The position numbers were made by a program, and so were the translations under genes. Source: Alteromonas naphthalenivorans (GTDB lineage Bacteria > Babelota > Babeliae > Babelales > CAIQNR01). From it: a stretch of DNA of 41,412 nt. The notes under the pieces are model-generated. The model was not told the origin of the DNA and searched no databases. It saw only the letters and a program-made list of their open reading frames with translations. Shown here piece by piece: positions 16,552 to 26,029 of this stretch. The DNA lies in contig JBLICC010000002.1 in NCBI GenBank assembly GCA_047631715.1, positions 1 through 41,412 on the forward strand, read 5' to 3'. Position 1 is the first letter of the stretch, and the number at the start of each line of letters is the position of its first letter.

Positions 16552-17961
16552 CTAATCAGATACCTCATCTGATCCAATCACCTCTCCATCCTTAATAGCT
16601 TTTTCGAATCGTTTTCCTAAGAAGAAGGCAACTCCAGACCATAGCACAACAATGCCAGTAAAGAAGATACCATGCACATTGCTGGTAACAGCTCCACCCA
16701 CACTTTTTGCTAAGATATTAAAGCTTGAGCCTGCTCCACGAGCTAATTTTTTACCAAACGTATCGATCCATGATTTTGATTTAAACTTCATATCTTTTAC
16801 GGTTGGAATATAAAGCGCTTCGGTTACCGGCTGATTAAATGCATAGTAAATAGCTCTGAGAGCTACAAATGCTATTATTAATGCTCCAGGAGACGGACTT
16901 AGCATCAAATATATAAGCAACGTCCCCATCACCACAGGCATTACCATAAGTGACAAACGTTCTCCTAAATAAGAGATAAGCACACGTGTTCCAAACAAAG
17001 AAATAACAAACCCTATAAAATGCGTATAAAAAACAACTTTAAACAAGAAACAACTTACTCCAGAAATGCTTCCACCTGCATCTTGAGCAATGCCCAAACG
17101 CATGTAGCTTAAAATAGCACTCAATACTTCGTAAAAGAAAACAGTACAAAAAATACCAAAAGCATAGGGATAACGTAGTAGTATCATTAGACCACTAAAA
17201 ATACCTGTTTCTTTTGTTCCTGATTTACTCTGTTTTTTTTCAAATTTATATGCAGCTTCATACCCATGCAAATATTGCCCAGGGACAGTCTTCATCATCA
17301 TATTAATAATAAAGGGAACTGCTAATAAAATTATAGATGATATAACAATTAAAAGTGCATGCAAACGTGTTTCATTTAACCCTACTGAATGACATTGACC
17401 TGAATGAGACAGCAAAAACCATGCTAATCCTGCAGACAGCATGCCGCCCAGCTTTGATATAGAAATAAGAATACCATAATTCTTTTTTGCAGAATCAGGA
17501 GTAGACACTGAGTTTAAGAATGCCCAGAACACGCCCACTACAAAGGATGAAAAGCTCTCGATATAAAAATAGTAAAACCAACCAAAGAACCAATAAGCAC
17601 TATATGGTTTAACTACTTCTGTACCAAGCCCACCATAACTAATAATAATGGCACAGAAAAAACCGAGAATACTATATACCCAAGCACAATAAGAAAGCAA
17701 CTGATAACGACGAACAGTATCAACTAACTTGGCATATAAAAGAACCAATGGAATAAGACCAAAAATCATGAATAATTTAGCATAAGGAATCGCTTCTTTT
17801 CCACCTACGATATTCATGAAGATAGAGTCTTTCAACTCTTTGATAATTGTATAGGAAGAAATAATTGCAAAAAAAGCAGCACTCAAAAAGAAAATCTTTA
17901 ATCGCTCTTTTTCTTCAATTTCCCACAAAGCTCTAAATGTTTGCATAAAACCTATGCGCAT
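16552..17961 (-). CDS. TLC/NTT-family nucleotide transporter (ATP/ADP-translocase family), paralogue 1
   Basis: 469 aa and polytopic. Family motifs: FWAFLNSVSTPDSAKKNYG and LYIPTVKDMKFKSKSWIDTFGKKLARGAGS (compare the Rickettsia/Chlamydia Tlc/Npt pattern LYIP...KYKAK..ID..G.R.GK). AAGGAT RBS. Confidence 0.8.
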   Translation of the reverse strand: MRIGFMQTFRALWEIEEKERLKIFFLSAAFFAIISSYTIIKELKDSIFMNIVGGKEAIPYAKLFMIFGLIPLVLLYAKLVDTVRRYQLLSYCAWVYSILGFFCAIIISYGGLGTEVVKPYSAYWFFGWFYYFYIESFSSFVVGVFWAFLNSVSTPDSAKKNYGILISISKLGGMLSAGLAWFLLSHSGQCHSVGLNETRLHALLIVISSIILLAVPFIINMMMKTVPGQYLHGYEAAYKFEKKQSKSGTKETGIFSGLMILLRYPYAFGIFCTVFFYEVLSAILSYMRLGIAQDAGGSISGVSCFLFKVVFYTHFIGFVISLFGTRVLISYLGERLSLMVMPVVMGTLLIYLMLSPSPGALIIAFVALRAIYYAFNQPVTEALYIPTVKDMKFKSKSWIDTFGKKLARGAGSSFNILAKSVGGAVTSNVHGIFFTGIVVLWSGVAFFLGKRFEKAIKDGEVIGSDEVSD

Positions 17962-18001
17962 CTTAATCCTTTATAGATTTATAACAACTCACATACTACA
18001 A

Positions 18002-18032
18002 CAAAAAAAGCCCTCTAGAAGACTAGAAGGCT
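18002..18032 (-). terminator. Intrinsic terminator after NTT paralogue 2
   Basis: Minus strand: AGCCTTCTAGtcttCTAGAGGGCT followed by TTTTTTT. Confidence 0.6.
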
Positions 18033-18103
18033 AAAATTTTATACGTCACGTATATTGGACGCTCTAAGCGATTTTTTATTATTTTTATATATGTCGTTCT
18101 TTC

Positions 18104-19435
18104 TCAACATATCTGACGATCCTCTTCAATTGCTTTTTTGTGCATATCTGCCACAAATAAAGCTGAAACTATCCACACCCCTACAAGTCCCAGGCAAATA
18201 CCTGAGCTTACCACTACAAAGAACGATTGTAGCATAGGACGGAGCATATGAACAGAGGAACCCACACTTTTTGACAACCTAGAACCAAAACTATCTATCC
18301 AAGCTTTAGCTTTATACTTAGATTCTCGTGTTGTAGGAATATATAATTGCTCTTTAGCCGGCTGATTTAACGCGTAATTAAGCCCTTTTATAGTGACAAC
18401 AACCGTAAGAGCTACCCATAGCTCTGGCATCCACCACACAGCCAATACACCTGCACCCATAAGCATAGGTAGAAGCAATAATGTACGTGATAAGCCCAAT
18501 GCTCTTCCAATGGCTCCTGCACCTAATAATAAACTTATAAGCGCTACACCATTAGCACATATTGCATATTTAAAGAAAAACTCTTGCATAGCTGCACCAT
18601 TGTCTAGCACTTCTGCCGCAAGAATCTTCATATGCAGTTCAAGAACCGTTCCTACAATTTCGTATAAACTAACAATCGCTACAATACCAAGTAAATATGG
18701 TTGAGAAAAAATAAGTTTAATACCTTCAAAAAAACTAGGTGATGATTTTTTGTATGCAGCAGTTTTTTTATCTGAATGAAACCCTACCAATTCAGACTTT
18801 GGAGTCATTTTCATAAAATGATAAATTAAATATCCAATAATCAACATTCCAAGTGCCCCCATCCTAATAATAGGAATCGGACCAAAAGAGTTACTCATAG
18901 TATAACCAAGTAGCGGTCCAAGTACTCCACCAAACTGAGCACCCATTGCGATAATACCAAACCCTTGCTTTGCAGAATCGGGCGTAGATGTATCAGCAAC
19001 AAATGACCAAAACAATGCAACAATAAGTGAGCCAAAACTTTCTACAAACGCATACCAAAGCCATCCTATTGTACGACCTCCATGCGCCACTGTATTTGGC
19101 AACCCGATAAAAGGGTCAGACAACGCGTACGCAAATAATAATGCACCTACTGCATACACAGAACAGATCACATAAAACATTCTGTGACGGGCAAACATAT
19201 CTACCAATTTACCATAGAGCATAAGCAACGGAAATAGAAAACAAAGAGAAAATACTTTTGCATACGCAAGCCATTGCTTGCCAACAACATGTATAAAGAC
19301 GGTGTCTTTGAGTGGATTGATTAACCAGTAGACACCAATAGTAAAAGCAAAGATGAGTGCGAGTCGTATAAACTTCAAACACTCATCTTTGCTTTTGAAT
19401 TTTCCCCACAATATTTGAGCGAGGGATTGTAACAT
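18104..19435 (-). CDS. TLC/NTT-family nucleotide transporter, paralogue 2
   Basis: 443 aa. Motifs FWSFVADTSTPDSAKQGFG and LYIPTTRESKYKAKAWIDSFGSRLSKSVGS. Closest in-window relative is paralogue 4 (shared C-terminal ...KAIE.DR..C). Confidence 0.8.
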   Translation of the reverse strand: MLQSLAQILWGKFKSKDECLKFIRLALIFAFTIGVYWLINPLKDTVFIHVVGKQWLAYAKVFSLCFLFPLLMLYGKLVDMFARHRMFYVICSVYAVGALLFAYALSDPFIGLPNTVAHGGRTIGWLWYAFVESFGSLIVALFWSFVADTSTPDSAKQGFGIIAMGAQFGGVLGPLLGYTMSNSFGPIPIIRMGALGMLIIGYLIYHFMKMTPKSELVGFHSDKKTAAYKKSSPSFFEGIKLIFSQPYLLGIVAIVSLYEIVGTVLELHMKILAAEVLDNGAAMQEFFFKYAICANGVALISLLLGAGAIGRALGLSRTLLLLPMLMGAGVLAVWWMPELWVALTVVVTIKGLNYALNQPAKEQLYIPTTRESKYKAKAWIDSFGSRLSKSVGSSVHMLRPMLQSFFVVVSSGICLGLVGVWIVSALFVADMHKKAIEEDRQIC

Positions 19436-19604
19436 GGATGGTTCCTTATAAAAAAGTTACTCTGTCCATGTTACTGTACCACGTTTACTTAAAAAGAATA
19501 TCTCTAAAAGTTTTTTATTTTTTTCAAAAAAAAAGAGCCATTCCAAGTGGGTCAATATTTAGACCATCACAATAGAATGACTCAATTAGTATTTGTATAC
19601 TATT

Positions 19605-21005
19605 TTACTCGATGATTTCGCCGTCACGAACTAGTTGTGCATTTTTAATACCAACGTATATAGCAACTAACAGCCATACACAAATAACACCAAGACTAAT
19701 TAAGGTACCTGTTGTCATTAAACCTGCAATACTTGCTGCAACATTACCAGAAACAATTAATGCTCCACCAATATTTGCACCAGCCATTTTACCTGCACGG
19801 CCACCAACCATATCAACAAGACCTTTTGCTTTAAACTTAGCGTCTTTTGAAGTTGGAATGTACATCATTTCTTTTACAGGATTATTAACAGCATAAGAAA
19901 CAGCTGTAACAATCATCATTGCTCCAAAAGTTGCCCAGAAAAGATTTTCTGCTGTTGGACCAGTTAAGTAATAGAAGTAAATACCTGTTAAACATGCACC
20001 AAACATAATTGGATAGATTAACAAACAAACACGAAGACCATATTTTTTCATAGCATATGCTGTACCCAACAAAGCCATAAGCAATGAAAGTGAGTTTACA
20101 CACATTCCAAAGATACCTAAGAAACGAGCAAACTCAGCTTTAGGCATAATAACAGATGCTTGATATTTCATTTGCATATCAACAACAACTTTTGCTACTT
20201 CATAAAAAGTTGAAACTACAAATACACCCATTAAGTATGGTTGTGTTACAAGAAGTTTAAAACCTGCAAGTACATCTGGTTTACTTTTTTTCTTCTCTAC
20301 TTTACCACTGGTCATTTCTGAAGCTGGAACAGATTTCATCAAACTTTTAATAGTAAAAATCAAACCACAGATTCCCGCGATTGCAATAAAATACAATGGC
20401 CATGTTGGAAAGTTACCTTTGAAATACATTACTGAAGAAGCTGATATTGCACCAATTTGACCCAATACAATAACAAATGGAAAACCACGTTTTGCTTGAT
20501 CACTTGTTGCACTACTTACCGTGAATGACCAAAAAACAGCCATCATTAAAGAACCAAATGCTTCTGTTGCTAAGTACCCTAAAGAACCAGCAGCACCCAA
20601 TAGCATAGGACCAAATGAAAATGCTTTAATAGCTTCCACACCCAATGTATCAGCACTACAAAGCATTAATGCTACAAATGCAAAAACAGATGCAAAGAAA
20701 GTACCAATAACATAAAATAATTGTTGTTTTTCAAACATATCAATTAATTTTGTATAAACAGCTAATGCACCCATCACAACAAATGGCGAAATTGTTTTAA
20801 GTTTTGCAACCATTGTTGCACCATAACCAATAGGCCAGCCAAATTCTTCTGAAAAAGCAATTTTGTAAATAACATCGTCTTTTACCAAACGCAATAACCA
20901 ATAAGTACCAGCAGTAAACAAAAATGCAACCGCCAAATGCGTAAACTTATTTAACTCTTCTTTTTTTAAATCAGGATAAAAATACTGAATAATACCACTA
21001 AACAT
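19605..21005 (-). CDS. TLC/NTT-family nucleotide transporter, paralogue 3
   Basis: 466 aa. Motifs FWSFTVSSATSDQAKRGFP and MYIPTSKDAKFKAKGLVDMVGGRAGKMAGA. AAGAGG RBS. Confidence 0.8.
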   Translation of the reverse strand: MFSGIIQYFYPDLKKEELNKFTHLAVAFLFTAGTYWLLRLVKDDVIYKIAFSEEFGWPIGYGATMVAKLKTISPFVVMGALAVYTKLIDMFEKQQLFYVIGTFFASVFAFVALMLCSADTLGVEAIKAFSFGPMLLGAAGSLGYLATEAFGSLMMAVFWSFTVSSATSDQAKRGFPFVIVLGQIGAISASSVMYFKGNFPTWPLYFIAIAGICGLIFTIKSLMKSVPASEMTSGKVEKKKSKPDVLAGFKLLVTQPYLMGVFVVSTFYEVAKVVVDMQMKYQASVIMPKAEFARFLGIFGMCVNSLSLLMALLGTAYAMKKYGLRVCLLIYPIMFGACLTGIYFYYLTGPTAENLFWATFGAMMIVTAVSYAVNNPVKEMMYIPTSKDAKFKAKGLVDMVGGRAGKMAGANIGGALIVSGNVAASIAGLMTTGTLISLGVICVWLLVAIYVGIKNAQLVRDGEIIE

Positions 21006-21107
21006 ATATATACCTCTTATGTTAACTAATTATAGTGAAAACCATTTCACCTTAAAATTTTCCATACTACACCCTTTGTTATCTTGGCCGAAAAACTCCT
21101 TTCTTAT

Positions 21108-22451
21108 CTAACACACAATGCGATCTTGCTCAATAGCCTTGGTGTGTTCTTTTCCTATAAATAAAGCAGCCCAAAACCATACAAGAATTAATGCTGCAGA
21201 AAGCCCAAGACTCATCATGGTAAACGTTGCAACTCCCAAGATTGGTCGTAAGGTGTTGATTCCAGATGCGGTACCTTTTGAAAGGCGTATACCAAACATA
21301 TCGATCCAAGCTTTTGCTTTATACTTAGTATCTTTTGATGTTGGAATATATAATTGCTCTTTTGCTGGTTGATTTAATGAGTAATTTATACTCTTACACG
21401 CTACCATTACCATAAACGCAACTCCTAAAACAGGATTCATGTTAACAATAATAGCAGACGCTCCTACCACAACAGGCAATAATAAGAGTGTACGAGCAAG
21501 CCCTAATCTACGAGCTATTCCTTTTGACCCTAATAATACACTAAACACAGCAACTATATTAATACAAATTGCGTATGTAGTAAAAAAGTTAGTTAATGCA
21601 TCACCAGTATATTCTGCCTTTGCAAGCCATTTAAATTGAAAATCTATCATAACAATAACAACTTCATAAAATGCCACCATGGTAAAAATACCAAGCACAT
21701 AAGGACGCGTTGCTACCAAATATAAACCATCTAGAAATCCAGTTCTTGTTTTTTTACCTTTTTCTAAAGCATTCTTGCTTCCATCAAATCCTTTAAGCTG
21801 ATCGCGTGGAGTTGTAAGCATAAAATAATACACACCTACTGGAATACAACAAATACCAACCACACACAAGAGAATAGCTGATCCAGAAGAACTCATATTA
21901 ATAATTATTTTCCCCATAAGAGGAATAATAACACCACCAGTTTGAGCTCCAAATACAATGAGAGAATACCCTCTACGAGCAGATTCAGGAGTAGTAGTAT
22001 CAGCAACAAATGACCAGAAAAGAGCCACCATGGTTGAACCAAAGCTTTCTACAAATAGGTAAAACACCCATCCTAAATAACGATGTGGATCTTCAACAGT
22101 ATTCGAAATGCCCATTTGAGGATCAAAAATAAAGAAGGCAAAACCAATTGAACATAAAGCATAAAAGCCCGAATAACCATATAAAAGCTTATGTCGTGGA
22201 TACTTATCAACTAAATATGAATATATCATCACTGCACATGCCGTAACCAAAATAGAGAGCATTTTTGCCCATGGTTGATATTCTCGACCCACCATAGTCA
22301 AGAAAATGCTGTCTTTAAGTGGCCTAAAGAGCCAATAGACTCCAATGGTAAGCCCAAAAAGAACTGCTAAAATAGAAAATTTCTTTTTTTCTTCCGGACT
22401 TTCAAAGCCGGTAAAAATAGAAGTAAAAAGACTCATAATACTGCTAGCCAC
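21108..22451 (-). CDS. TLC/NTT-family nucleotide transporter, paralogue 4
   Basis: 447 aa. Motifs FWSFVADTTTPESARRGYS and LYIPTSKDTKYKAKAWIDMFGIRLSKGTAS. The GTG start at 22451 is preceded by AAGAGGGG; an alternative ATG lies at 22436. Confidence 0.8.
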   Translation of the reverse strand: MASSIMSLFTSIFTGFESPEEKKKFSILAVLFGLTIGVYWLFRPLKDSIFLTMVGREYQPWAKMLSILVTACAVMIYSYLVDKYPRHKLLYGYSGFYALCSIGFAFFIFDPQMGISNTVEDPHRYLGWVFYLFVESFGSTMVALFWSFVADTTTPESARRGYSLIVFGAQTGGVIIPLMGKIIINMSSSGSAILLCVVGICCIPVGVYYFMLTTPRDQLKGFDGSKNALEKGKKTRTGFLDGLYLVATRPYVLGIFTMVAFYEVVIVMIDFQFKWLAKAEYTGDALTNFFTTYAICINIVAVFSVLLGSKGIARRLGLARTLLLLPVVVGASAIIVNMNPVLGVAFMVMVACKSINYSLNQPAKEQLYIPTSKDTKYKAKAWIDMFGIRLSKGTASGINTLRPILGVATFTMMSLGLSAALILVWFWAALFIGKEHTKAIEQDRIVC

Positions 22452-22823
22452 TTAGATAACCCCTCTTAAAATACTTTTTTTGTACCCTCTATACGTCTTT
22501 ATTCTTCTCTTTATTCAAAAAACATAAAACAAATAATAAGCTAAAACAGGCTCTTAACTTTCTGCCTAATCACAACATATAGAGAGAAAAATTGATTATA
22601 CAAATTGTCTATTATAAATAGAATACTTTTATAAAGGAAGAAGAAAGAATTATACGCTTTTTTCAAAAAAATTCCAGTCAAAAAGTCTCGTTTTTGCATT
22701 TACTAATGGAAAGCTCTCTGCTAGAATAGTAGCAAGGGTTAAAGTTTTACTTAAAGTTTATGGAAAAGATCCCATCAAATAAGCTTAAAGTCAGTTTTTT
22801 TAGCTGAAAAGGGATATGGTATT

Positions 22824-25289
22824 ATGAATATTAAAAACGAACAAAAAGCACCTAAAAAAATTATTGAGCCTATTTTGGAATTGGAAGATCAATTCCTTCC
22901 TCTTTTGCCTCTCAAAAACGTGGTGTTACTGCCAAAGAGCATTTTACCTGTTATTGTAGGCAGAACAACTTCTATTAAAGCAGTAGAAGACGCACTTAAG
23001 GGTACTAAGTCTGTTTTTGTAACCGCACAAAAAGACCCTGATCTTGAGCATCCTAAACCAGATGGTCTTTATACGTATGGTACACGATCAACTATTTTAC
23101 AAGTTATGCGTATGCCTAACGGCTCATTGAAAATCCTTGTTGAAGGACTTAATAGAGCAAAAATAGTTGAATATAAAGAAATGGACGGTTTTACTGGTGT
23201 TGCTTACGAAGATCTAAATACTACCACAAAAAATAAGACCAGCGATTTTGAAGCATCATGGAGAACATTCCAAAAGCTCTATACTGTTTATGCAAAATTA
23301 AATGAAAAAGCACCACAAGACTTAATGACTCTTGGTCAAACTATTGAAGACATCGATTATATTGTTGATACTACTGCGGTACATTTAAATTTATCTTTCG
23401 ATGAGCGCCAAGAAATTTTAGAGATGATCGACTTAAAAAAACGTCTGTTTCGTATCTCTACTATCTTAAAAAAAGAAATAGAAATTTTAGAAATTGAGCA
23501 ACGTATTCGTGGTAGAATTCAAACACAAGTAGAAAAAAACCAACGCGAATATTACCTCACAGAACAGATTAAAGCGATTCATAAAGAACTTGGCCGCGAA
23601 GATCAACAAGCTGAATTCACTGCTCTACGCGCAAAAATTAAAAGTTTAAAACCAACTCAAGAAGCACTTGATAAAGTTGAAAAAGAATTAAAACGTCTTG
23701 AACAAATGCCGCCACTTTCTTCTGAAGCGGTAGTAAGTCGTCATTATATCGATTGGATTGCTTCTTTGCCATGGTCTAAAAAAAGCAAAGATCGCATTAG
23801 TTTAAAACAAGCAGAAAATATTCTAAATAAGTTTCATGCTGGTTTAAAAAAACCAAAAGAACGTATTATTGAATTTTTAGCAGCTAAGAAATTTTCTAAA
23901 TCACTTAAACGATCACCAATCATCTGTTTGGTAGGCCCTCCAGGTGTGGGTAAAACTTCTTTGGCAAGTTCGGTTGCAGAAAGTTTAGGTCGTGAATTTG
24001 TACGTATTGCACTTGGTGGCACAAAAGACGAAGCTGAGATTCGTGGTCATCGTAGAACATACATTGGTGCACTTCCAGGTAAAATTATTCAAGCTATGAA
24101 AAAAGCGAGTACTGTTAATCCAGTTATTCTACTAGATGAAATAGACAAGATGTCTATGGATATTCATGGTGATCCTGCATCTGCATTGCTCGAAGTGCTT
24201 GATCCAGAACAAAACAAAACATTTACTGATCACTTTTTAGAAATTGAATATGATTTATCTCAAGTAATGTTTGTAACAACAGCAAATCATATGGATGGTA
24301 TTCCGTATCCATTATTTGATCGTATGGAAGTTATTCAGCTTTCTGGTTATACCGATGAAGAAAAAGCACAAATCGCCAAAAACTTTTTAGTTCCAAAAAA
24401 CTTACAAGAACATGGTTTAACAAAACAACAATGTAAACTTTCTGATGAAATTATAAAACTTGTTGTTGAAGATTACACAAAAGAAGCTGGAGTGCGTCAA
24501 CTAGAACGTACATTCACTAAAATTATGCGTAAAGTTATTCAAGAACTTTTAGGCTCAAGAACTAAAAAATCTGTAACGGTTACCAAAGAACTTATTGTTA
24601 AATGGCTTGGCAATCCTATTTATAAGAAACAAACATTAAGCACTGGAAAAGATATTGGTCTTGTAACAGGGCTTGCATGGACCGAACTAGGTGGCGATGT
24701 TCTTGAAACTGAAGTGTCTATTTTACCTGGTAAAGGTAACTTGACGCTTACCGGCCAATTAGGCGAAGTAATGCAAGAATCTGCACACGCAGCACTTAGT
24801 TATATTCGTGGACGCGCACAAGAACTTGGCATCCCTAAAACATTTCATGCTAACAAAGATATTCACATTCATTTACCAGAAGGCGCAACTCCAAAAGATG
24901 GACCTTCTGCTGGTATTACTATGTGTACTGCACTTGTTTCTGCATTAAGTAAAAATCCTATAAAATCACACCTTGCTATGACCGGTGAAATCACTTTACG
25001 TGGACGTGTTATTCCTGTTGGTGGTTTAAAAGAAAAATTACTTGCAGCAGAACAACATAAGATAAAAACAGTTATTGTTCCAAAAGAAAATAAAGACGAT
25101 ATTGCAGAAATAGTTAAGGACATTAACCAAGAATTAGATCTCAAAATTATCTATGCATCAACTATGGATGAAGTCCTCAAAGCAGCTTTGGTAAAGAATC
25201 CATTTAAGATAATAAAGACAGTTAAAGCAACTAAGAAAACTAAGACAGCTAAGACAACTAAGAAAACGAAGAAAACAATTAAAAAATAA
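22824..25289 (+). CDS. lon: ATP-dependent Lon protease (LonA) with Lys/Thr-rich C-terminal tail
   Basis: 821 aa. LON N-domain (LPLLPLKNVVLLP), Walker A GPPGVGKTS, Walker B ILLDEIDK, and protease Ser in PKDGPSAGITM with the downstream Lys. The tail is KATKKTKTAKTTKKTKKTIKK. Confidence 0.95.
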   Translation: MNIKNEQKAPKKIIEPILELEDQFLPLLPLKNVVLLPKSILPVIVGRTTSIKAVEDALKGTKSVFVTAQKDPDLEHPKPDGLYTYGTRSTILQVMRMPNGSLKILVEGLNRAKIVEYKEMDGFTGVAYEDLNTTTKNKTSDFEASWRTFQKLYTVYAKLNEKAPQDLMTLGQTIEDIDYIVDTTAVHLNLSFDERQEILEMIDLKKRLFRISTILKKEIEILEIEQRIRGRIQTQVEKNQREYYLTEQIKAIHKELGREDQQAEFTALRAKIKSLKPTQEALDKVEKELKRLEQMPPLSSEAVVSRHYIDWIASLPWSKKSKDRISLKQAENILNKFHAGLKKPKERIIEFLAAKKFSKSLKRSPIICLVGPPGVGKTSLASSVAESLGREFVRIALGGTKDEAEIRGHRRTYIGALPGKIIQAMKKASTVNPVILLDEIDKMSMDIHGDPASALLEVLDPEQNKTFTDHFLEIEYDLSQVMFVTTANHMDGIPYPLFDRMEVIQLSGYTDEEKAQIAKNFLVPKNLQEHGLTKQQCKLSDEIIKLVVEDYTKEAGVRQLERTFTKIMRKVIQELLGSRTKKSVTVTKELIVKWLGNPIYKKQTLSTGKDIGLVTGLAWTELGGDVLETEVSILPGKGNLTLTGQLGEVMQESAHAALSYIRGRAQELGIPKTFHANKDIHIHLPEGATPKDGPSAGITMCTALVSALSKNPIKSHLAMTGEITLRGRVIPVGGLKEKLLAAEQHKIKTVIVPKENKDDIAEIVKDINQELDLKIIYASTMDEVLKAALVKNPFKIIKTVKATKKTKTAKTTKKTKKTIKK

Positions 25290-25312
25290 CCTAATAACAG
25301 GGAGTTTTATCT

Positions 25313-25453
25313 ATGAAGAAAAACATCGCTCTTTTCACATTACTTTGCGTTTCAACACTTGCATTTTTACCAGGATGTTTAGGTAAAAAGAAAGTAGTAA
25401 AAACAGAAAAAGTAAATACTGCAAAAAAATCTAAAGAATTAATCGAAGACTAA
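25313..25453 (+). CDS. Small Lys-rich lipoprotein (46 aa), not in the ORF track
   Basis: ATG 25313 is preceded by AGGGAG. Sequence: MKKNIALFTLLCVSTLAFLPGCLGKKKVVKTEKVNTAKKSKELIED, with lipobox L-P-G-C. A terminator hairpin follows. Confidence 0.55.
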   Translation: MKKNIALFTLLCVSTLAFLPGCLGKKKVVKTEKVNTAKKSKELIED

Positions 25454-25472
25454 ACTCTAGATTATTATTTAG

Positions 25473-25505
25473 AAAAAAGGCAGCTTTTAACGGCTGCCTT
25501 TTTTT
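25473..25505. terminator. Bidirectional intrinsic terminator
   Basis: AAAAAA-GGCAGCttttaacgGCTGCC-TTTTTTT between convergent genes. Confidence 0.65.
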
Positions 25506-25522
25506 ATTAGATTCTATTTGTT

Positions 25523-25915
25523 TTAATACTGACTCGTATCATCAGAAGACTCTGCTTGCTCATCCATCTCAGTATAACGAGCATGTTTACTATCTAAATC
25601 TGTTTGATGGGTTTTCTTACTATGTTTTTTCTTCTTTGAATGTTTTTTAGATTTATGATCGTTGTCATCATCATGACTACCAAAAAGATCTTCTAATAAA
25701 TTAAAAGGTGCTTCTACTGCATGTACAACTGTATTTCCAGTTTGACTCACAGGACCTTTATTACACGAACAAGAACAATTCTTCATCCCACACTTTTTAC
25801 ATACTTTTTTATTATGAGCATGTGCAGCAACTTTTGCTGAATCTTTCCGATGTCTAGCTTCTACACCTGGTGCAGAAACTAACAATGCGATTGTTAAAAC
25901 TAATAACTTTTTCAT
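25523..25915 (-). CDS. Exported Cys-cluster / His-Lys-rich protein, function unknown
   Basis: From ATG 25915 (GGAGGA RBS): MKKLLVLTIALLVSAPGVEA signal peptide, AAHAHNKK, a Cys cluster CKKCGMKNCSCSC, then HDDDNDHKSKKHSKKKKHSKKTHQ and an acidic tail. Low complexity; no family recognised. Confidence 0.55.
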   Translation of the reverse strand: MKKLLVLTIALLVSAPGVEARHRKDSAKVAAHAHNKKVCKKCGMKNCSCSCNKGPVSQTGNTVVHAVEAPFNLLEDLFGSHDDDNDHKSKKHSKKKKHSKKTHQTDLDSKHARYTEMDEQAESSDDTSQY

Positions 25916-26029
25916 ATCTTCTTCCTCCATTTTGTTTACTTTAATTATCACTACTATCCAGCATACAGAAATAGAAGCTCCTAAAGCAACAATTGATTCA
26001 TCCTGAGCTTAAACTTTTTTTATATAAGC

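Noticed and set aside
22452-22823. Heat-shock operator (CIRCE, TTAGCACTC-N9-GAGTGCTAA) upstream of lon
   Set aside because: I scanned by eye and found no match or close variant. No regulatory site can be supported.
25996-26010. GATTCATCCTGAGC upstream of the pyrG stop, resembling one arm of the palindromic repeat
   Set aside because: Only ~12 nt match, with no central hairpin or second arm. This cannot be distinguished from chance or an old fragment without a genome-wide model.
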